A program made the position numbers and the translations under genes. From the human T2T-CHM13v2.0 reference genome, Homo sapiens: a stretch of 64,000 bases of DNA. The notes beneath the pieces were generated by a model. The model saw only the letters and a list, made by a program, of their open reading frames with translations. It was not told the DNA's origin and searched no databases. Of the stretch, positions 26,440 through 42,600 are shown piece after piece. The stretch is from assembly GCF_009914755.1 (NCBI RefSeq), contig NC_060936.1; one strand, 5' to 3'. How positions within the stretch are numbered: the first letter of the stretch is position 1; each line of letters starts with the position of its first letter.

Positions 26440-28805
26440 TTATAAACTGTGCTTCCCAGAGGTGGTTCTGGGTTCTGTAAAGCACAAAGTAACTTCTGTA
26501 CAACAGTGAAGTTTCAAACTACTCTGAAGACAAGTGTGATCCCAGTGCCTGACATATAGCAGGTGCTTTATAAACATTTGGTAGTGAATGAATGAAGGAA
26601 CAAGCAAATGTATTAATGGATAGAGGAATGGAATAGTTTGAACTTTAACAACCATGAACAAAAGGACTAAAATCTAAAGGGAAAAAAGACCAATTTTCCT
26701 TCTCTCCTGACCTATCTCAAACTCCATCCTTGCTGTAACTTATTTCCTTTTGCATCAAGGGAAATATAAAAATGACAATGACCTTTCCCTCACATCAGAG
26801 AGAGGTGGAAAGAATAAATATGTTAATATGTGCAAAGCTTCCAGACTTCCTTAGAGAGAGCCACTACAGGTATTAATTTAATTATTATGAGCTTCTTGCA
26901 GAAACACAGCTGTTACACCTTTAAACAAACCATTTTTGATAATATTTCAGTTATCTTCAAACAGAAGGCAGAATGGGCTAGATAACCATAGGGAAATGGC
27001 CGACAACACAAATGCACCTGGCCCTCAGCTCCAGACTCACTTGGGGCTCAATTTGGGGCAGTCACACATTTGAGACTACTTTTTAAGATACTTTTGGTTT
27101 TGTGGTGAAGGGCTGAGAAGCGTGCTAACTGGCTGCACTGAGCTGAGTCAGGCACAGGGATGAAACTGATGCCTCTTTCTCTGTCCATAGACAGCTCCAA
27201 ATCTGAACTAAATTCCAGGAGAGAAGGTGTAAGGAAGTGAAAAGCAACAGATTCGAAAGTATTTTTAGTGGGTTACTCTCTTTGTAGGAAGTTCTGGCCT
27301 TATTCAAACTATGTTTCTCATGTCTATATATTAGACAAATGGCTCTAATCAGCAAATGCAAATCAAGACCCCCTCAACAAAGCGAAGTGCAACAAGAATA
27401 AAAGCTTATTGATCCTCTTGTTATCGATCTGGACCATATATCTAGATTTCTCTGTATTCTACAACTAGAAAAAATCTTCAGTATGCAGTATTAAATACAG
27501 AAAAGAATTACGGTTACAGTATTTGTGATCCTATATTTGTAGAAAGCAATATGCTTTCTACAATATTTACAACAATCAGAGATTAGGAGCTTGAAAAAGA
27601 ATGGAGCACATTGCTAAATGAGACTTGTGCCACCAGATATGGAGGTTCATGAGATTTGTCTCAAAATTCTTCTCTTCAATCAATATGTATCTAGACTTGA
27701 ACATGCACTGAAAAGAATTAACATGTCAAAAATGTAACCAGGAGTGAACAAAGTAACTAAGATCACAATTAATTGTACTTAATTTAGAAAGAAAGTGTTT
27801 TTTACCTGTCAACTATGGGGAAACATCACTTTTTAGTATCAGGACGCCTTGTGTTTTTAAAAAATATTTGTTGAAGAGTAAAAGCTGTACCTGTGCCTTA
27901 TTTTCATTTGCACACAGGATGTAAACACTTGAAAGTTCCACCATGAACCCACATTCTACACACGCAAGGCAGAACTTCACAAATGCTTCCCAGGACAGCT
28001 CTTTTTCAACTATTTCCTATTTGTCAGTTTGGCCACCAACCCGCAAGTCTCCTAGGCTAGAAATCTCGGCAGAGTTATTTTCTCTTTTCTTGCCTTCCTC
28101 CTTCCCTGTTTCTTGTTTGTTCGGTGAAGATAATAATAGTCTGGCCCCCCACCTCCTTTGTTGGCTCTAGGGTGGTCCTCCCACCCCATCCCCTCCAGAG
28201 GTTAATATGAATCTACCTATCGTATCTAGCTGCTCTGGAAGCCCAGTAGGTGGAAGCACCACTCAAGTCCTCTACCAATGTTACCATAACAAACTTGGTT
28301 ATTTCTTTCTTTGACTTTTTAAAGCACAGTTTCTGGAGTAAGAAAAACTGTTCCTACTGTATGATTGTGGGCAAACTCATATTTTCATAAGTGGGGAAAA
28401 CAGCAGCCTCTACCCTTGCAGCGTTGTTGGGAGGCTTAAGTGAAGTTCTCAGTCATGCAGCAGGCTCAGTAAATGCCAGCTGTTGCTACCATTACTATCA
28501 TCTCCTGTCTATTCTCTTCTCACATCATCCAGCCCTCATCCACACCCACTTCACACTAGGTTACCACATGTGTCCCACAAGCAGATACTCATGACTAAAC
28601 ACCATCTTTCCCTTGGAGTACTGGATACTGGATACACAAACACAAGGAACAGCCTTTACTCTTAAGGAGGGTAAGTCTAGTGTCCCAGACAGACATATAT
28701 AGATAATTAAAAGCAAAAATGCAGTAAGTTAGTACCTGGTGGGGCTTCTGTGGTTCAATAACTAACATTTCTTCTTTCTTATCAAAGGTCAGAAACAACA
28801 GAGAG

Positions 28806-29158
28806 TGATATGGCTTGGCTGTGTCCCCACCTGAATCTCATCTTGAATTGTAGCTCCCATAATTCCCATGTGTTGTGGGAGGGACCTAGTGGGAGATAAT
28901 TGAATTATGGGTGCGGTTTCCCTCATACTGTTCTCATGGTAGTGAATAAGTCTCATGAGATCTGATGGTTTTATAAGGGGTTTCCCCTTTTACTCTTCCA
29001 TTTGCTCTTGACTGCCACCATGTAAGACATGACTTTGCTCCTCATTCGCCTTCCACCATGATTGTGAAGTCTCCTCAGCTGTGTGGAACTGTGAGTTCAT
29101 TAAGCCTCTTTCAGTCTTGGGAATGTCTTTATTATCAGTGTGAGAAGAGACTAATACA
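28806..29158 (+). mobile_element. THE1-family (MaLR) solo LTR
   Basis: Starts tgatatggcttggctgtgtccccac and ends gactaataca (TG...CA); perfect 5-bp TSD gagag at 28801-28805 and 29159-29163. Confidence 0.95.
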
Positions 29159-29639
29159 GAGAGGTATATAATGGAATCAGGCAGATGGCAAGCAAAATAT
29201 CTCCTTTGTTACTAATAAAGCTGATATTGAAGAAAGTGGCTTAGTATGAGAGTTCAAAGGGCTGAATGGCACATCCTTACTCACAGGGACTTAAGCTGCT
29301 AATGTCACTAGCAGTGCTGAACAACCACATCCACCTGCATGAGGCCCGCCCTGTAGAATGAAGGGTGGGAAGGAGTCAAGGAGTACCAGCTCCCAAAGAG
29401 AAGAGAGAGGGAGGAACTGAGCATCACAAAGGAACACATTAGATACCTGAGTCCACCTCCTGGGAGGGGCAAGTCAGGGACTAGCATCATGCAGCAAGGC
29501 AGGGAGAGCTTCTCTTCTTCTGCCCAATCATTAGAGATTCAGAGTATTGTAGTAGCAGCAGAAGTGAGTATACAACCCAGATTGTGGTGGGGGCTGGGGG
29601 AAACCAGAGAAGGAACTCCTGGGGGAGTCTCAAAGGATA

Positions 29640-30330
29640 AACAAACGTTAGGAAAATAAAGTTAGAGAAAAGGGGAAAGATGTTCCAGGCAGAGGGAAAA
29701 GCATCAGTGAAGGAATGGATCTGAGGCATGGTGTGATGTATGCTGGAGCAACAGGTGCTTTGACATTTCTGGGGTTTTACTAAAAGTTCAGCCTGGGAGT
29801 GGCAAAGCATGAGGCTGGGGAGGTAGGCAGGAAAGGGATGGGCTGCGGAGCACATAGAGTGGCATGTTAGAGAGTGGGCTTTATCACAGGTGATGGGAAC
29901 CAGTGCCAGTGTCAGCTTTTTTTTTTTTTTTTAAATTAAGATTTGGGGTTTCACCACATTGCCCAGGCTGGAGTGCAGTGGCTAGTCACAGGCATCATCA
30001 CAGCTCACTGCAGCCTCAAACTCCTTGGCTTAAGTGATCCTCCCGCCTCAGGCTCCTGAGTAGCTAGGATGACAGGTGCATGCCACTGTGCCTAACTCAG
30101 TGAAAGCTTTTACCCAGAGACTGTGTTTTAGACACACTGCTCTGGTGGCTGCTAAGGATAGGCTGGGGGGGAGAATATCAAGTTAGCTTGGAGGATATTC
30201 TAGTACTGCTAGCAAGAGATGACAGGGGCCTGAACCAGGATGCTGGTATCAGGGAGCAACAAGACAGGAGGGATTTGAGAAATATTTTGGAGGTATGACT
30301 GACAGAACTTAGGAAATGCTTTATTGCTGT
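29640..30330 (-). mobile_element. L2 fragment (interrupted by a FAM)
   Basis: gttccaggcagagggaaaagcatcagtgaagg...; gcaagagatgacaggggcctgaaccagg...gatttgagaaatattttggaggta. Confidence 0.7.
29921..30097 (-). mobile_element. FAM (fossil Alu monomer)
   Basis: Single monomer retaining the 7SL-derived segment ggagtgcagtggctagtcacaggcatcatc; TSD cagtgtcagctttt / cagtgaaagctttt. Confidence 0.8.
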
Positions 30331-32509
30331 CTGAGGCTTTCTGGCTCCATGATGTCCTCTTTCCAACCCATTCTGAATCCCCCACGGGCTGCCTAAGGTC
30401 CTGCTATGGGTCAGCCACTATGCTATGTGCTTGACCTACATGTTCATCCTCAGACTAACCTCATGAGACAGGCTAACCTCATTAATAACTCCTGTCTGGC
30501 AGAGGAGGAAACAGGTTTGGAAAAGGGAAATCTAAGAAGACCTAGTGAATAGAAGATTGGGTTGGAATTCATATCTAGGTAGTCTGACTCCAAAACCCGT
30601 GCAACTAATAAACACAAACCCTCCCTTTTCTACACACATCCATTATGGTCCTACTCCTCTACTACTTTCCCCTATCACTTGAATTCCAAAGTGTTCTTCT
30701 GGGACTCCTCTGCCTCACCTTACCCCTTCCTCCTCTTCATAGCTGCCTCTTAGCCATTGCTTACTCTGATGCTTTTCCTTTGAGTAGCTCCAAGCTGCAC
30801 GAGTACTTTAGCTCAACTACTTTAGTAGAATTACTTTAATAACACAAAAATACATTTATTTTGTCAATAGGAAATATATGTACAAGGTACAAGACATAAA
30901 TAATGTAACTGGAAATACAGTAAAAAAAAGTAAATCCTCTCCAAGATCCTTTCTCCAGAGGCAACTACTGTTATCAGTTTATGAAATACATCTGGAAAGA
31001 TGTACAAGAAACATACCAGAATAAATAACTGCAAGCTCTTTAGGCTGCCCATAGAAAGGCTTCTCCAACTTCTACCTTCACCACTTTTTTCCTCCTCTGG
31101 ATTCCTCCTATTATCCACAGTGCAGTGCCCCAGAATTCAGCACACAATTAACCTCAAGTTGTTTCATAAATATAAGCCATGTCTCCTTAACAGCAATGGC
31201 TCTTACATACTAATCTGAGCATTAGACACACAGTAAGTGTTCAATAAATACCTGCTGATCAATTAAGCTTCCTTGAGTTAACCCTACACTTGCTTAAATG
31301 GCGTATTTCATGCAAACCTTTAGCTGAACCCATTCAAACAGCCTTTACAATGATTACTTTTGCAGTAGCTATATACTTAATTGGTCCTCACTCTCTTTTT
31401 AGAACTCTAACTGTACAAGCAGTTGAAAGAGTGATTTTTTAATGGATGCTGATGTTATAGTGAATACAGTCATTCAGAAGTCTAACACATTCAAGTATCA
31501 CAGAGCTGGTCATGCAACACAAATTCCAATGCCACTCAGAATTCTGGTCATAAACGATGAGAAAAAGGGAGTAAAAATCCCTCCTGTATTACCCGAAGAA
31601 CAGTATTATTTCTGCCATTTTAATCTGTTTACACTAGGCTATATACTCTGTTGGGCTAATCTTTAAATATTGGCCTTATTATATTCATGATATTCCATTA
31701 AAAGGCAAGCACCAGATGCATTTAATTTACTCTTCAGGGGTATGATTCTCAGATAATCTGTCAGAGAAGGACCAAATGCTTCTTTCACTGTGATGCAATG
31801 ATATTTCTATCTAATAGTGCTCTAGAATTATATTTCCTCCCCAAATTTGGGATCTCTTATGCTAAATTCTCTGCTTTTGTTCTCTTGACAGTTTTCAGTC
31901 AGTTTAAATACCTAGAGTTCTGCTTTCAAGGTAATAGTTTTTTGATTTTTATTTTTAATGACAGCAAAAGTTCTATGAAAGAGTTCATGTATATGGCTTG
32001 CTCTGTGTATTTTACAAGCCCAAAGAAAATTACATTTCAGAGAAGGTACATATCCAATTACTAGGAAATGAGTTACAACAAAGTGGCCACAGAAGCAGTG
32101 TAATAAAGACAACCTCAATTAAAAAGTCTCCCTAACAAAGCAAAAAAGAGACACAATGCAATGCACATTAATAGCTTACTCAACACCTAAACACAGAGTG
32201 GGTGACAAAAAAGGAAACGTCTCTCTGGTACAAGTTAATGAATCATTCTACTTAACAAGAGGAGGTCTAGAAAGGGGTAAGGGTCTTTTCTGCAATCAAT
32301 AGAAAGGAGCAGTTAGAATTCAAGAGAGAAAACAATACAGTAATCTTGGGAAATATTATTTTAGACAATACTTGTTAATTTTAAATAGTTTTAAAGAAAC
32401 ACCATGAGATAAAAGAAGTTAAAGCAAGCATATGTATTGTGCCATATACACCGTACTGATGACAGACTGAGCTCCTACCTTCACGGGACCTTTGGAAGAT
32501 GGACATGTA

Positions 32510-33250
32510 AGTCACTGCAGTGTTGGGACTTCCAGGATAGAGTCTGCAACATTGCTTGAAGCACAGAGAGGAGATCTAATAGCCGGGAGAAAAGGAGTAG
32601 AGCAGATGAGGGTTCTAGGCATCAGCAAAGATATGGTGCCTTGACAGGGACTGGCCCACCTGGAGTGTGAATGTGATCTACTAAGGCTTAAGTTTGCTTG
32701 CAGTGTATGTGTGTATGTCTGTGTGTGCATGCACGCACATGTGCACATGCAGCAGGGAGAGTGGAATTAAGGTGAAAGAGTAGTGGATTTCTAAGACCTT
32801 GCCAAAGAATCTGAACTTCATCCCAAAAGTCATGAACTTCAGAAAGATTTTAAGCCAGAGAAGAGGCATGATAATATCTATATTAAAAAGACAATCAGGT
32901 AGCAAGTGTGGAGGATGCATGGGAGAGGGCAAAGGGAGAGGAGGGAAGATCCGCTAGGAGGTGGAGGCAATCATTCCTGCTGTAGGTGATGAGGAACTGA
33001 AAAGGAGCAGGGCTCATGATGGGTGGAAAGAAAGTAGAGATCCAAGGAATATGAATGACAGAGGATCAACAGGGCAACTGACACTGATGGGTGTCAGGAG
33101 AGGAAGAAAGAAGAGTCCAGGATGATGCCCAAACTTGATGCTTTGGTGACTGGTGAAGGGTGGAACACTCATTCACAGAACAAGAGATAAGCAAGGAGAA
33201 GCAGCCAAAACAACACCACAGATATGTAAAATTAAGAGTATCAACTTTAA
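32510..33250 (-). mobile_element. L2 fragment
   Basis: agattttaagccagagaagaggcatgataat...; gagtccaggatgatgcccaaacttg...tggtgactggtgaagggtgg...cattcacagaa. Confidence 0.7.
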
Positions 33251-33259
33251 ACAAGAGCC

Positions 33260-34240
33260 ATGGGTTGGGTGACATTATGCCTACTAGACATTAAGATATA
33301 TTACAAATCCATAGTAATGAAAACCATGTGTGTGGGGTGGGGAGAGGGAAATGAGGAGTTAGTATTGATGATTGCACACCACTGTGACTGTAACAGATGT
33401 CACTAAATTATACACTTAAAAATGGTTCAAATGGTAAAAATAAGAAAAAGGGAAGGAAAAAAACACAAGTGACAAAGGTATGAGAAGGTACCCATGTGTC
33501 AATAAAAAAGAATAGATAGACCTAAAGCAGATCCCAGAATAAAAAGAATATAGTAGATGACAATAAAAGGATATATTTATATCAAAGATATAGATGGTGA
33601 AATTGACTAACTACTCCAAAATATCAATTTACATACATCACACAAACATCAAAATAAACTTTAGTTTGATAAGCATAACATGTAAACCAAAAGAACATAA
33701 AATATCTAGAAAAACATTTAGGTGAACATATCATCTTTTGATGAGGAAACATTTTCAAAGTATTAAAGCAATAGAAGAAATTATTAAAAAACAGATTTTT
33801 ATAATTAAAAAAGCTAATGTTAAAAATTCAAATGTAATCAGAATTGTAAAGAATTTTATATAAATAAGAAAAATGTTAATATTATTCTATAAAGAACACA
33901 TGTGGATCAGTAAAAAGATCACTAACAAGCAAATGGAAAAAATGGACAAAAGATGTGAAGAAACAGTGGGGGTAAAGAATCAACACAAATAACAAATAAA
34001 CACATGAAAAACTCTTTAGTATCACAAGTAATCACAGAATTGTGAAACAGAACACTGAGATGTGGTTTTCATCTATTAAGTGTTCCCAAGCACTCTGCAG
34101 AATGTGTACCCCTACAGGTGGCAGGAAAGAGGTTAACAGAGTATCACTTTCCCAGAGAGCTTAAGAACCTTAAAAAATGTTTCTTTTCTCTCACCCATTA
34201 ATTACATTGGAATGATTTATCCTAAAGAAACACAGCCAAG
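33260..34240 (+). mobile_element. Highly decayed old L1M fragments
   Basis: ctagacattaagatatattacaaatccatagtaatgaaaaccatgtg (ORF2-like); aaatggaaaaatggacaaaagatgtgaa...aaataaacacatgaaaa; plus an L1M 3' end at ~33335-33440. Confidence 0.65.
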
Positions 34241-34759
34241 ATTTTTCTATATCATTTTTCTTCTTGCTTAAAAATAAAAGCACTTGTTGATCCCTTCCTC
34301 CCATTATTCCTCTAGATAATTCCTCCATTTCATTCAAGTCTCAGCCTGTCTCTGAACCTTGATTGCACTGCCATCTCTCTTGTACACTGCCATAGCATCC
34401 TGAAGTCCTCTTCATGCATCTTATTATGCTTGTTCTGACAATAGTTTGTCTTTCTCTTGTCTAGATGTCTTATCTAGGCAGTAAGCTCCATGAAGGTCTT
34501 CTGCTCTATTACAATATACCCATCAATTAACAGAGCCCTTACCACAAAGTACTTGTTGAATGAAGGGATGCATTAATGATTAGTAAGAAGTAGGGCTGAA
34601 ATCATTTTTACTTTTCTTTTTTCCCTAAGATTCCATGACAATTTTATGGGACTTTTCTATTAAGAATAACAGCAATGGAAGCCATTCAAAACAGCATCCT
34701 TTCATACAGTTCACCCACTGAACTAAAAGTCAATACTCTAAACTGTGAAATAGTTACTA

Positions 34760-36498
<1,739 letters not shown>

Positions 36499-38158
36499 AA
36501 ATAATTACTACCACTTAAGTTTGAACAAACAAAAATCTATTTAAGATTTTTAAAAAATGTTCTTTAGTAGGGAAAAAATAAAAACAAACTCAGCCACCTT
36601 TCAACTTGCAAACTGGCTCCCCATGCATAAAGCTGTCCATGTTATGTTCACCCTTCTACTCTGTAACCTTCTACTCTGTCCCCAAAGTCCACATGCTCTT
36701 AGAGACTTCCAAAATTAGAAGCTTCAAGTCTTCTAAGCTGTAGCTGTTTCTCTGAGAGCTTCCCATAATTGGCCCTTAGATAGTGAGATCTAAGGAATTA
36801 TTTATTATTACTGCTGATTTACACACTTATTTTGACAGGTTAAAACATACCATGTAAGTAAGCAACATGAATAAAACGTTGCTTACATTCAGTCTCTAAT
36901 GTACGATTTAAAATTACAAACACAATCCTTCTTCTCTGAGTAGCAGTGACAGACCTTGTGATTTAACTGTCTGCGCCAATCACTGACAAAAAAAAAAAAA
37001 AAAAAAAAAAGATGTGGAAAACCTGTGCTGGGCTATTTAGAGACGCTTAATGTCCTTGGTCTCTCCTAGCACTTCAAGTAACACTTCTTTTTAAAAGAGG
37101 TAAGATTTTTTGCAAGTGGGGGAAAAGATGGTAGCAACCCCCTCCCTCCACATCCTTCCTGCATATTCCTCTTTTACAAAGTTGGATGTTGGTGAAAGTC
37201 TTCATAATTCAACCATTCCTAGAATTATTTTCAATGCCCTGTAATGCTGCGTACTGAAAACCCATCTTTTGCTAGAACAAGGTCCCATCAGTTTTAAAAT
37301 GTTACATGTTACTGTTTTCCTGAATAATAAAAAAGAAATTACTAGTGTCATTAAACGTACATTTGAAATGAGACACTATCTGGATGTTAAAAAATACAAG
37401 AAAGGCAGGACTATTCTAATTATGCATAGTACTGAATGTTAGTCAAAGGTCCATCTTGCGTGGGAGAGGTTATTAACAATTGTTTAAAAGAAATAGAAGA
37501 AATATGCATTTCCATAATAGTGTCTATTCTAATAATGCTGTTAATAGTCTAAAAGGACATCTTTTCAGAATTCCCTGTTAATATCTTTTGAATATTCTCA
37601 GTGAACTGGTCCATAAAATCTCAGTGCTCTCCAACATAACTGAAATGTCTCCTGGGACACATGGATTTCACAGCATATGCACACAGTAGGGAGAATGGAA
37701 TGAGGTTGCTCATAATGCTTTTTTACATCAATAATTGATAAACAGAATTAGACACAGCTCCCCAAGGAATCAGGTGTAGCAAATTACAGGTAATAAAAAC
37801 TTAAAGAAAAAAAAATCCTAACCCCTGTCTAAAATTTTATTTGTTTAAACTCGAGCTACCTAATGAAGAGTGTCTTTAAGGCTGTTAATTCAAGGTGATG
37901 GTAAAGTTTACCATACTAGAATTATATTTTGTTAGTTCACTTTTAAGTTCTGTTAGGATATTTTCATTTGTATCTTATTTTCTTAGTTCGGGCCTAGGTA
38001 GAAAATTAAAACAGTATGTCAGGTAGAAAAAGAGAATATACATGAATATGTTTATGCAACCAGACTAATTTTGTGGTCATCTATGATGAAAATACATGAA
38101 ATTAGGTTATATTTATGTTTAAATTATATGTATATACTTAAAAATTATATGCATATAC

Positions 38159-38271
38159 TTTTTTTATTATACTTTAAGTTCTGGGGTACATGTGCAGAAT
38201 GTGCAGTTTTGTTACATAGGTATACATGTGCCATGGTGGTTTGCTGCACCCATCAACCCATCACTTACATT
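38159..38271 (-). mobile_element. Very short L1PA 3'-end insertion
   Basis: ttattatactttaagttctggggtacatgtgcagaatgtgcagttttgttacataggtatacatgtgccatggtggtttgctgcacccatcaaccc. Confidence 0.9.
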
Positions 38272-38869
38272 TTAAAATCCACAAACTGAAGTTTATATTT
38301 ACTTTTTCTTTGAATGCCCTCAAGTAAATTTAGTTGTGGTTGACTCCCTCTACTGGCAAAAAATGATATTTTTTGAAAAAAAAATTTTTGTCAAGAAGTT
38401 GACACGAAAGAAACATAATTTGTAAGCTATCAGATATATTCTCTCTGATAAATATTACCATGTGACATGATTTTTACAACCAGAGGAAATTAATATAAAA
38501 GAAAAGACAGTAGACCATCATGAATTAGAAAAAAAATGAAAAATAAGATAAAAGCTCCCACAGCATTTACTATACAGCAAATAAAAAGAAATACTCAAAA
38601 TAAGGCATTTTGAAACAAATTTCAGTGCTTATCCAAGTAGTCGTTCAGCTTATTCAAGGACACATAACTTTTTAAATGAATGAAAAACAACATCTTAGGA
38701 TGTGGTCTGAGATCTGTGAGAAGAAAAATGTTTTTGCTCAGTGTGTTTTTATCAGTAACTTCAAAGAAAACTTCAAAAGCACTCTTATGAAAAGGGAACA
38801 CTCATGTACTGTTGGGTTAACAGACTCAGAATTCAAAAATGATCTCAACAGAGTGGCATATGGATTGAC

Positions 38870-39192
38870 TAAAGAGAATCCCTTATCCATGGGTTCCAAA
38901 CCAAAAACTCAAAGTTGTTTTTCATCCTTTTCGTGGCAAAACCTGATCTGAGCTGGCAAGAGGTTGTGAAGTCTGTATTTGTCCTACTTAGTGTGAATAT
39001 TTTTTCTGTTTCACTGCATTCATGTTAACAGTTTGATGACAGGGAGTTGTTCCTAGGGTTGGGCGGGGGTAGCCTATGTATGTAACATACAGTGAACACT
39101 GGGGAAAGGGTACTGTGTTACCTTTCAAAGGCTGATAGTACAAGACAACACATGTGCCTTAAGGATTTCTGATAAGAGATTGTGAACATATA
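38870..39192. mobile_element. MER46C-like TcMar-Tigger MITE
   Basis: TIR-like ends aatcccttatcc ... gataagagattgtgaacatata; internal ggcaaaacctgatctgagctg...cttagtgtgaatatt. Confidence 0.65.
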
Positions 39193-39369
39193 AAAACATG
39201 AAACTAAAAAAAGTAAATGTCAGTACTCACCTAAGTCTAACAATTTAGCAGCACAAGTGCAGGAGCAAAAGACTCAGATGAACAGAATATTTAATAAAAG
39301 GGGATCCGTTTATAGGAAGTTTATAGGAAGCTGCTATTTTTTGAACACCTACTATTTACCCAGACCTTT

Positions 39370-39680
39370 GCTATTTAGGTATTTTGTAGAATATCCCTTA
39401 ACTGGGATTTGTCTGATATTTTTCTCATGATTAGACTGGAATTATATGTTATTAGGAAGGAAACTAAGGAAACGCCATTCTCATCACATCACATCAAGGA
39501 TGCATACTATAAACCTGACCTTTCACTGCGGTGATCACCTGGCTGAGGCAATGGTTGCCAGGTTGCTCTGCAGTGAAGTTCCTCTTTTTTTCTGCTTTCA
39601 TACTATATTCATTGGAAAGGAGCTACTATGAGTAACCCACACATAAGAAGTGAGGATTTATGTTCTACCTCTCCAGAGTG
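39370..39680 (-). mobile_element. L1MC-type 3'UTR fragment
   Basis: attttgtagaatatccct...gggatttgtctgatatttttctcatgattagactgg...gccattctcatcacatca...gatcacctggctgagg. Confidence 0.7.
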
Positions 39681-42600
39681 TTTTTAAAAGTAGAAGAGGG
39701 CTGAATTACATCTTGAAAGAAGAGAAATGGCTCAATAAAATAAACAAAATGCACTCTGCCCTTTGGGAGATTATGAACTACTTTTGGTAACTCTTAAAAT
39801 AATAAATAGTCTCTTTAAAAAAGTAAGTGGAGCTTCATTGTCTAAACCATTCTCAACTGAGAAGTACTCTATGGTTATCCTTTTTATGGGAAACAAGCAG
39901 GTCAGCCATTGTGCTTCTTTCACATCTTGAAAATGTCTTATTCTTGAGGTAAGTTAATATTTATTTGCTAAAATATTTGAATCTGGTATTTACCAACTCG
40001 ATTGATTTGCTTCAAATCTTTGTATTAACTTTCTCACATCCATTAACAAAATGCAGGAAACCAATGCACTTTCCTTGAGAATTTACTGTTGCTATAACCC
40101 CTGAGTTAATGACCTTAAATACAAAGAAGAAATTCAACTCCCCCGCCCATCATGCACTTTGCAAGACCTTTATGATTACAAAGAATCTTAACATAAATAA
40201 TGCAAGATCGATAACACAGTAAGCCAAATTGCATTTAAAATATTCATGCAATTCTTTAAAAAAATACAACCACATATTGCTATTCAGGCTAAGGCCTCTT
40301 AGGGGGAAGAGATACAATATATGAATGAGTTTGAATATCTCTGAAATGCTCTTATAGAGGAATCTTCCACAGGCTTCTGCCTTTCTGGATCACTTCACAT
40401 AGTATATGATAGTAGTACAAAGCATAGTGTTTCTAAAAATACTAGATAATATGGTATGTTTGGCTCGGATATGGTAGATTTGTCTTCAGGCAATCTGTTG
40501 TGACTTCATAGAGAGTATCTTTTCCTTCATTCTTCATATATGGTGATGTAATTTACCAGAGCAATATAGAAATAGCTTTTGGTATTGATTTAGAGCTCAG
40601 ATGCATAACCTGATTTAGAGCTTGCTTGCTCAGATTCTTGCTATTAGAAAAGTCTTTTCAAAATGTTTGGTTAAAAAATCTACTTAATAACAAAATAATG
40701 AGACTATGGGATTTTAATAAAGGGTATCCCTAAAAGCATCCATTTAAAAAGGAAAAACAAACTTCTTAAAAATGAATTCGTAATTGATGCATGTCAGTTG
40801 TCATTAGTAAATACATGTCTCTGGGAAATATAATTTTGTAAATTTATACCAAAAATTAAATACTTTTTTAAAATTTATGAGCATAATTAAATCATCAAGA
40901 AAGTTTTCTGAACATGATCAATTTTATCTCACCATAGATCACAAAAGGTTTTGACATCAAGAAAGTTAAATTTTGCCTAAGCCATGACATATATCAATAA
41001 AGCAAAATTTACTGTGCTCTTAGATATTAAAAAGCCTAAAATATGACAGGTATAACATATATTTATACTCAGCTTTGGGATTTTTTCTTGGTAGAATAAT
41101 TGAGTGCACAAAGATCCAATCCTTGGTAAATTTATGTGTCTTATAAAGGAAATAACTGTAAATCCAAGAGCATGAGTGCACAAATAATGGATAAACTAAA
41201 AATCTACCTACCAACAATATTCTTTAGGGACTCAAAATTGGCCTGTCTGGGTCTGCCACAATTAGATCTCCATGAGAAAGTAGGATTAATAATACTGCTA
41301 AGAACACTCAAACAATTACTTGCCAAGCTGCGTGAACACTATGGGTCATAGATCCTAAATGAGTAAATCAAATCTAGATCATTTAGTTGGTACGAAAAGA
41401 ATCTCAAATGATTTAGGACTTTCATCATTAAAAAGTATATATTCATGCAAAACTACCACATGTGAAAAATAAACTGAATTTAGCTATCCAAGAACTATAG
41501 TTTACTTTTTATGTAGTGACAAGTTGTAGAAAAGTGACATTTTTAAGAAACATGGGTGCTATCAAATCTTAAAATATAATACAATCATATACGTTTCTTA
41601 ACATTCAATGAAATGCATTGTTTCCAAGAAGTTTGAATTCTGATCACAATTTATACTTCCAGATTTTAAGTTAAGCTTGGTATTTACCAACTGGAAAATA
41701 TTTTATATTAGTAAATCATTATACAAAAGTATGGTACTTTTGGTCAAAGGTAATGGATATAATTTATGCATAAAAACTAATATTCTCAAGACTCATAAGA
41801 ATTGGGAAAATGGAAAAACCCTTATTTTCAGCATGAAACAAGTTAGGATGTATATATAGGAATGTTAAATGACTTGTGGAGCCAGGTAGTATGTTCACAT
41901 GGCTCAGGTTTTCTGCTTCCTCTGAAATATCTTTCAATTTTGAGCTTCATTTTCAGGGAATTGAAGATGTTAGTGCATCTTTGTATAGATTTTAGTGAAT
42001 CTCACACACACACACATCTATATTAAATTTCATAATTTTTGGCATAAACATTAAATGAAGTCAAACATAAGCAAACGGAGAATATGCAGATGAAATGCAG
42101 TGAGCAATAATAGTGTTTGTGGCTGGAACTTTATAGAATTGAGGTCAAATTATAGGCTCATCCTTTGCCACTACGTGACCTGGGGTGAATCACTTTCTTC
42201 CTAAATCACAGCTTCTTTATCTGTAAAATATTTGTCTTATAAACTGTTAGGATTAAATGAGACAATAACATTTGGAAAGGGCTTGGCCCAAGGCTCAGCA
42301 CTTATTTTGAATTCCTAGTACTTATCACTATGTAGAATAATGAGTTTTGCTTGCGTGTCTTCACTTCTAGGCGGTGAACTCATTGAGGGCAGGGGCTACA
42401 TCTTTTTCATCTCTATATTCCTAGGACTATATCAGCCAATGATTAAGTCTAGAACAAATGGTGTCTAAAGCATGATGAGTGAACATGACATACTCAAAAA
42501 ATTGAAACTTTCATTACCACTTCTCTTATCCTTGTTATAAACTTTTGAGCCAGAAAAGGTAGAAAACAGACCAGCAGACTATTTTTCTTCCACTAAAATA

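Noticed and set aside
34095-34126. CTCF-like cctacaggtggcag with an upstream ctgcag
   Set aside because: Two core mismatches, and it lies in decayed L1 sequence; too weak to call.
39222-39235. Isolated strong splice donors (minus-strand TAG|GTGAGT here and at ~45450; plus-strand GAG|GTAAGT at ~63362)
   Set aside because: No convincing paired acceptor or reading frame; such 9-mers are expected by chance in 64 kb.
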